The notes under the pieces were generated by a model that searched no databases, was not told where the DNA came from, and was given only the letters and a program-made list of their open reading frames with translations. Of a stretch of DNA of 5,138 nt, positions 1 through 4,797 are shown in pieces (within the stretch, counting starts at the first letter, position 1; every line of letters starts with the position of its first letter). The DNA is from Adineta steineri (Eukaryota). Both the position numbers and the translations under genes were made by a program. Location: assembly GCA_905250035.1 (NCBI GenBank), contig CAJNOE010000057.1, forward strand, positions 339,772-344,909, in the 5' to 3' direction.

Positions 1-200
1 GCGGAATTCCGGAATCGGAACCAATTCCCGCAATCGGTGGGAATTCCGTGCAATTCCGGAATCGGTCGAACTCGATCAATCTCGACTGGGTGTCTTCTGT
101 TGTGTGTCGATCGAGTTCCCGGAATTGGACGGAATCGATTCCGGTGCGGAACTGATTCCTCCAATGTTCAACATCGCGGAATAGGATGCATTCTCGTCCA
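1..200. repeat. GC-richer block saturated with GGAAT/ATTCC pentamers and the palindromes GGAATTCC and ATTCCGGAAT; truncated by the left window edge
   Basis: GGAAT starts at 3, 11, 40, 58, 121, 131 and 178. ATTCC starts at 6, 24, 43, 53, 138 and 155. That is 13 copies in 182 bp, where well under one is expected for a random 5-mer on both strands. An identical 14-mer AATTCCGGAATCGG occurs at 5-18 and 52-65. GGAATTCC occurs at 3-10 and 40-47. A 10-bp inverted repeat GAACTCGATC (68-77) pairs with GATCGAGTTC (109-118). Composition changes sharply to AT-rich after about 200. Confidence 0.6.
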
Positions 201-659
201 ATTCAACAATTGATCTGCTTTTTATTGATATATTAGATTGTACTCACCTTTTTAAACATGTTTCTGAATCTTTCAAACATTTTTCGTCGGAAAAGAATCT
301 AAAAATAGTCTTAAATTTGAATTCATTTCATGATTGATAAATAAAGCTTCGATGACGATTTCTTAGACATTAATTGCGGCTGACTCTGCAATGTCTAAAA
401 GTACGTATGATCATATACTTTGTTTTTAATGCGTCTTCATATTTTAGAACTTGTCGAGATAGTTACATCTTAAATAGAAGACTTTTTCTTATCGCACTAT
501 TTGTTGAATGATGCATGCTTACATGACAGCGTGTTGGAAAGATGTGATGATAACAAATATTTCTCTTATCAAGCATTGTTGTTTAAGAAAGAAGACAAAG
601 GGTAAGCGTAAGCACAAAATGAATGTTCAGACTAAGAGAATAAATAGTTACTATTGTAT

Positions 660-717
660 CTTGAGGGTGTGGGTGTGGGTGTGGGTACTCTCTTCATTTC
701 TCACCCACACCCTCAAG
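660..717. repeat. Foldback (inverted repeat) with perfect 16-bp arms around a 26-nt spacer
   Basis: CTTGAGGGTGTGGGTG (660-675) is the exact reverse complement of CACCCACACCCTCAAG (702-717). The hexamer periodicity of the left arm allows the right arm to pair in two further registers shifted by 6 and 12 nt. Confidence 0.85.
665..686 (+). repeat. Interstitial telomere-like hexamer tract, GGGTGT x3 plus GGGT (equivalent to TGTGGG x3 preceded by GGG)
   Basis: Read directly: GGGTGTGGGTGTGGGTGTGGGT. There are four GGG runs (665-667, 671-673, 677-679, 683-685) separated by 3-nt TGT loops, which matches the canonical G3N3G3N3G3N3G3 quadruplex motif. Confidence 0.85.
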
Positions 718-1550
718 GAAACTGTTGTGTGATCTTGATTTGTTTCGAAGAACAATATAACTAATTTAAAATTTCTAATTTTGTTTATTTTAGAATATTT
801 TATTAAATGTTTTACTTTATATATAAGTATGATATATTCACTGGAAAACATAAGATAAACTATAGTGAACAAGAATGATTAATAAAAGTTTGAATATCGA
901 TTTTTTTTCATACAGTAGAATTTTTAACAAATTTTATATTTTATTATTGTTGTCAAATTTTCCAATAAAATAAAGAAGAACATCTATTATAGTCGATCCA
1001 TGTTGATATGAAAAATGACACATAAGAATTTTTTCTATTCTCTGAAATATATTTTTCTAGTATATCATATCGAATGTAATATTATCGAATATTTGGCTAT
1101 TTTCTCAATAGAAACTATACTCTCATATTCGATATATAAAATAAGAATTTTTAAAGTCATTAGGAATAAAAAAAAGAGTATTGTTCTTTTAAATATGAAC
1201 GAGGTATAAATGATTCATCATTTGCAGTTTATTACAATTCTGTTATATAATTTTAAAAAAAAAACAAATTTTATTATAGGATTATCATTAAAGATTTACA
1301 CGTTTTAAACATATCTAATGATAAAAATAATAATTAAACTGTTTTTTCTAGTGAAGAAATATTAAACAACTAATAATCGATACCTGTAGCATCTGATGTT
1401 TTTAGTCTCTTTCATTTATTTTGTATTATTTGTATATGAATATTGTGTTTGTTATAATAAGGACAAAGATATAAAAGGTATTTTTCATTTTACACATTCA
1501 AGATAATAATTGATGTTATACTAAATATAATCATTTCTCATTATTTTCAG

Positions 1551-1751
1551 ATTAAATTATATAACTACCCACATCCACACCCAGACAAACTCTTAGCTGT
1601 TGGAGGAGGTGATTTTGTAACATATATAAATCCTATTATGTGCGAATTGCATGATCCTAATACTGGACAACAGAATAATACTTGTGAATTGAATTTTGGT
1701 CGTGATTTTCACAAGGCTGTTCTAATAAACAATTATCGTTATCTTGATTAA
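1551..1751 (+). CDS. Candidate 3'-terminal coding exon of an unidentified gene (66 codons plus TAA); product unknown
   Basis: It directly follows an acceptor-like TTATTTTCAG (AG at 1549-1550). Only one frame is open: IKLYNYPHPHPDKLLAVGGGDFVTYINPIMCELHDPNTGQQNNTCELNFGRDFHKAVLINNYRYLD, with the stop at 1749-1751. The segment is locally GC-richer than its flanks. An ATTAAA poly(A)-signal variant lies at 1823-1828. A possible donor AAAAG|GTATTT at 1478 would give a 73-nt intron. An open frame of this length can arise by chance in a window this size, and no upstream exons were found. Confidence 0.3.
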   Translation: MKLYNYPHPHPDKLLAVGGGDFVTYINPIMCELHDPNTGQQNNTCELNFGRDFHKAVLINNYRYLD

Positions 1752-1838
1752 TTGTAAAAAAATTTTTGTTTATCTGTTAATTCAATCATTTAAATATTTT
1801 AACTCTCTGCAAATCTGGATCAATTAAATACAAGGGAG

Positions 1839-1895
1839 AAGTAAAGGAGTTCAAGACTCTACGGAGTCCCGGATTCTTGAATTTCCTTCTTACTT
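1839..1895. repeat. Imperfect inverted repeat / hairpin (four 5-bp blocks, 20 bp in total)
   Basis: Pairings are 1855-1859 GACTC with 1864-1868 GAGTC (4-nt loop), 1850-1854 TTCAA with 1877-1881 TTGAA, 1844-1848 AAGGA with 1884-1888 TCCTT, and 1839-1843 AAGTA with 1891-1895 TACTT. The right arm carries bulges of 8 nt and 2 nt. Confidence 0.4.
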
Positions 1896-2446
1896 AAATG
1901 CATGAATAGATAACTTCGTTTAAAAACACATACGATCACTTACAACTCATCAGATTAGCCAATAACGATTATCGATTCTCGAATTACCTGTTGTATTAAT
2001 CTCCCTAACACGTCAAACAACACCAGATGACCCTGTAACTAATTGAACAAAGCATATTAGTACTTGGAGTGTCATACAGTGTATGGATCTTTTTTCTGTC
2101 AACCTCAATAATTTTCTATTTTTATTTATTTTTCAAACATCTTAAAGAATAACTACTACCTCTTGTTCGTATCATAGAACATGTCTGTCTCCTTGACAAA
2201 TTGGTCACTCTTTAAAATAGGATAAATTCCAAGGTGTTTATTTATAATCACAGACTTGTTTATTGTTTCATTTGATTTTACTCGCTCACTCCTTCTCTGA
2301 TGTATTATTTAATTTTATCTTCCTTTTTTCTTCTTTCTACTCTGTATCTTTATCCGAAATACTCTTTTTTTTGAGATAATTAAAATTATTAGTTGACATA
2401 TATTCTAATTAAGACTTTTCCTCCTCCTTCTATTTTAATCACATGG

Positions 2447-2463
2447 TTGACGATTGACGTCAA
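2447..2463. promoter_or_regulatory. Tandem CRE-like element: half-site TTGACG followed by the perfect palindrome TTGACGTCAA (core TGACGTCA at 2455-2462)
   Basis: The sequence TTGACGATTGACGTCAA was read directly. TGACGTCA is the consensus cAMP-response element bound by CREB/ATF bZIP factors. It lies about 260 bp upstream of the receptor ATG. Function is untested. Confidence 0.3.
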
Positions 2464-2631
2464 ATACAAATGATAATTGTATGTTATATTATGAAAATGC
2501 GTGAACAATCCGAACGTAACGTAAATGCAAATTATTGTGCTCATCATTACTTTGTATTTGATTTCTTTTCTTTGACATAGAAGAAAAAAGAACCTGATTA
2601 TTTCAAGTAGACTGAACATTTTTTTGGTTTA

Positions 2632-2652
2632 TATATAAATGCTCCGACGTCA
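2632..2652 (+). promoter_or_regulatory. Putative core promoter of the receptor gene: TATATAAA (2632-2639) followed by a CRE-like GACGTCA (2646-2652)
   Basis: The TATA-like octamer lies 84-91 bp upstream of the ATG at 2723. An in-frame TAA at 2699-2701 shows the CDS cannot extend further upstream. TATA-like strings are common by chance in AT-rich DNA. Confidence 0.3.
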
Positions 2653-2722
2653 GTTATTCTGAGAATAAAATTGGATCGACTTTTTTAATCTAAATTATTA
2701 AAGGCAACTTACAATTGAAGAA

Positions 2723-3541
2723 ATGGATATGTCATTAATTTACCTTGGTCAACAGTTTACAATTTATGGTAGTTTAGTTTTCTTGTTAATGGGTGTATTT
2801 GGAAATAGTATGAATATTTTGGTATTTTCAAGTGTTCGAACCTATCGAACAAATCCTTGTTCATTCTATTTTCTTATTGGATCAATCTTCGACAATCTTT
2901 ATCTATTAATCAATCTTACTACTCGTCTTGTAAGTACAATTTCAGGCGTTGATTCAACTACTACTTCACTCATTTGGTGTAAAATCCGGCAATTCTGTAT
3001 CGTCACTCCTAGTGTGATTACTCTTAGTTGCTCATCGTTGGCTACAATCGATCAATTTCTAGTCACATCAAAACACGCTCGTCTTCGTCGATTTAGTAAT
3101 ATAAAATCGGCACATTGGATTGTATTTATTGTCATCATTTTTTGGTGTCTTCATGGAATTCCTTGTCTCGTAACGTCTAATATTGTAGGTGACGACTCCA
3201 ATAAAGATTGTACCATCACTAATGCAACGTATAGCGTCTATATACCAATATTTGTATTTCTCTTTCTCTGCATTATCCCGATGTTTATAATGATTTTATT
3301 TGGATGTCTTGCTTATCGTAATATCCAACAAACAACACATCTTGCTGAACAACATGTTGATCGTCAACTGATGAGAATGGTGTTGACTCAAGTAGTGCTT
3401 GTTGTTGTGAGTAACACTCCATTTGGCGCTGTCACTGCTTACGGTTTAATCACAGCTGGAATTAATAAAGATCTTAATCGACAGCTAAAAGAATATTTCG
3501 CCATATCCATTCTCATTCTTATCAGTTATTCTTATTATATC
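2723..3541 (+). CDS. Class-A (rhodopsin-like) orphan G-protein-coupled receptor, exon 1 (residues 1-273, TM1 to the first half of TM7)
   Basis: The ATG is the first one after the in-frame stop at 2699-2701, with G at -3 and G at +4. Six full hydrophobic helices and the start of a seventh carry class-A landmarks: GN in TM1 (G27-N28), D in TM2 (SIFD, D57), C86 at the top of TM3 paired with C163 in ECL2, W141 in TM4, P186 in TM5 and P233 in TM6. The DRY position reads D110-Q-F. An N-glycosylation sequon, NAT, is at residues 167-169. Confidence 0.9.
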
Positions 3542-3596
3542 GTATGTATTCTTCTTGTCATAGTATTAAACATAATTTTTTTGAACTTAATTTTAG
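3542..3596 (+). other. Phase-0 spliceosomal intron, 55 nt (GTATGT...TTTTAG)
   Basis: The donor GTATGT is at 3542. The acceptor TTTTAG ends at 3596. The intron interior is AT-rich. Splicing replaces a featureless hydrophobic read-through tail (VCILLVIVLNIIFLNLILG*) with a proper TM7 end and a helix-8-like basic segment. Confidence 0.75.
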
Positions 3597-3707
3597 GGTA
3601 ATTTTTACATTTTTTTCATATCATCAAGTCGATTTCGTCAAACATTGAAAGATCGAATATTCTGGTGGAGAAGACCAATTCAAATCAATCCATCTCGAAC
3701 GTCATAA
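3597..3707 (+). CDS. Class-A orphan GPCR, exon 2 (36 codons plus TAA): end of TM7, helix 8 and short C-tail
   Basis: Translation is GNFYIFFISSSRFRQTLKDRIFWWRRPIQINPSRTS*. NFYIF sits where NPxxY is expected. The amphipathic basic stretch RFRQTLKDRI is typical of helix 8. The stop is at 3705-3707. Confidence 0.75.
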   Translation, partial: GNFYIFFISSSRFRQTLKDRIFWWRRPIQINPSRTS

Positions 3708-3797
3708 TCTGAAAACAAAACATTCGTTCAAAAAAACTCATTATTAGTTGTAAACACCTATTGTTTTTATTATTTATTCATTTAAGTCTAGTCTTTA

Positions 3798-3803
3798 AAT
3801 AAA
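3798..3803 (+). terminator. Candidate poly(A) signal AATAAA for the receptor gene
   Basis: A canonical AATAAA hexamer lies about 90 nt downstream of the stop codon. The hexamer is frequent by chance in AT-rich sequence. Confidence 0.4.
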
Positions 3804-4661
3804 AAGAGATTTCGTAAGGTGAACATATAATTTTTTAGGGGAGTACGCACGACACAGCTATTGTTTTTTGTTTTTACAATGGTTCTCAACAATTGAAAAA
3901 AGCTCATTAAAGTTCATCTATATACACTTAACGTTCTGGTTATAACATCGAGGTTTTTTTTCTTTTTGTCGTTCTCTGTAATGTATCATTAACATAAGTT
4001 GCATATACTGTTGTAGAGAGGAAGAAACAAGTGTAGAAAAAACACGTTTCTTTTTTTTTGAGTATGTTAAACATAGTCAAGAATGCTGAATTATTTTATT
4101 TTGAGTGATCTTATATGTTTCGACATTAAACGTATGAAAAAGCTCTCGAAATGTCTTCCTACATGACTGTCACCCACATGTAACACATTTCTTTCTCTTG
4201 TCTCTATTCTGTAGTTTGTGTTGTTCAAGTGTTTTTCTCAACGATACTGCATACAAACAAGAATACTTGAATGTGTTCTCCCCGTCGATGATAGTCACGA
4301 CAACGGTTATTGCAATTTAAATCAAAGCAATATTTCAATGTTCTCTTTCTTTGCATTCATTTCCTATGAGTGCATGCTATTTATGATTTTAATAATTAGG
4401 TAAGACACTTTCATTTCGCCACTTTACTCAGACACATAGGTGCGTTTTTGATGCATTTCTATTCCATTGCCATCCGTTAGATTTTTTATCGTGGTAGAAA
4501 TAATCTAGCAGAATTCTAGTGGAGATTAAAGACGGTTCGTTCGTTTTCTTTTTTTTTCATTTTGAGAAGACAAATGTATTGAGTGAATACATATAAGATA
4601 TAGACAACTTCATAATTTTGTTTTCTTAAAAAAAAAAGGAAAGATTTTACTCGTGCTTTTC

Positions 4662-4675
4662 TTTCCTTAAGGAAA
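4662..4675. promoter_or_regulatory. Perfect 14-bp palindrome TTTCCTTAAGGAAA upstream of the 4798 gene; possible dimeric factor site
   Basis: The sequence is self-complementary, read directly. It overlaps the right arm of a 9-bp stem, AAGGAAAGA (4636-4644) with TCTTTCCTT (4660-4668). It lies about 125 bp upstream of the ATG at 4798. The sequence itself is certain, but any regulatory role is speculative. Confidence 0.35.
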
Positions 4676-4727
4676 CAAAGTGAATGCGTCATCTCTAAAG
4701 AAAATATATGTATTCTATTGTCTCCTT

Positions 4728-4792
4728 GTATGTTAGTAGGTTGATATTTTTGTAGATATTTTTTTTTTGATGAATATACTTTATTTTATTAG
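4728..4792 (+). other. Candidate 65-nt intron in the 5' UTR of the 4798 gene
   Basis: The donor hexamer GTATGT at 4728 is identical to that of the receptor intron. The T-rich acceptor TTTTATTAG ends at 4792, 5 nt before the ATG. The length is similar to the 55-nt receptor intron. There is no transcript evidence. Confidence 0.3.
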
Positions 4793-4797
4793 ATAAA

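Noticed and set aside
6-62. ATTCCGGAAT (6-15 and 53-62) as heat-shock elements or STAT sites
   Set aside because: Each copy has only two inverted nGAAn units, whereas functional HSEs normally need three or more. The TTC-N2-GAA spacing is not the STAT TTC-N3-GAA spacing. The idea is kept only as a vague possibility within the GGAAT-block finding.
363-398. 8-bp inverted repeat TTAGACAT / ATGTCTAA with a 20-nt spacer, and a + strand ATG TCT AAA A|GTACGT mini-exon at 391-400
   Set aside because: The stem is short and AT-rich, so it is expected by chance. Splicing the mini-exon to the TTTTAG acceptor at 447 gives a stop after 11 codons.
508-732. Track ORF, 74 aa on the + strand
   Set aside because: Its C-terminal third is simply the telomere-like repeat read as VWVWVWV. 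The rest is Lys/Ile/Asn-rich AT-driven sequence. A GTAAGC at 602 has no acceptor at a workable distance (29 nt), and nothing resembles a domain.
651-872. Track ORF, 73 aa on the - strand
   Set aside because: It is the antisense reading of the same repeat and foldback (THTHTHT) plus very AT-rich low-complexity sequence (IILIYKVKHLIKYSKINKI). This is a composition artefact.
1015-1209. Track ORF, 64 aa on the + strand
   Set aside because: It lies in DNA of roughly 20% GC. The peptide is dominated by I/K/N/F/Y as expected from random AT-rich sequence, and there are no splice or poly(A) context clues.
1981-2080. Minus-strand exon-like segment (acceptor TTACAG at about 2034, donor CAG|GTAATT at about 1988) and a signal-peptide-like MTLQVLICFVQLVTGSSGVV* ORF
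   Set aside because: The putative exon is only 45 nt and the ORF only 20 codons. There is no supporting neighbouring exon, so this cannot be told apart from chance splice-site look-alikes.
2389-2619. Track ORF, 76 aa on the - strand
   Set aside because: It lies in the presumed promoter region of the receptor gene and spans the CRE palindromes. The peptide composition is AT-driven with no recognisable motif. I cannot formally exclude a small gene, but nothing supports one.
3542-3601. Read-through C-terminus of the receptor ORF (VCILLVIVLNIIFLNLILG*)
   Set aside because: It starts exactly at a GTATGT donor and lacks the TM7 polar motif and helix 8. The spliced alternative supplies both, so this stretch is treated as intron plus the first bases of exon 2.
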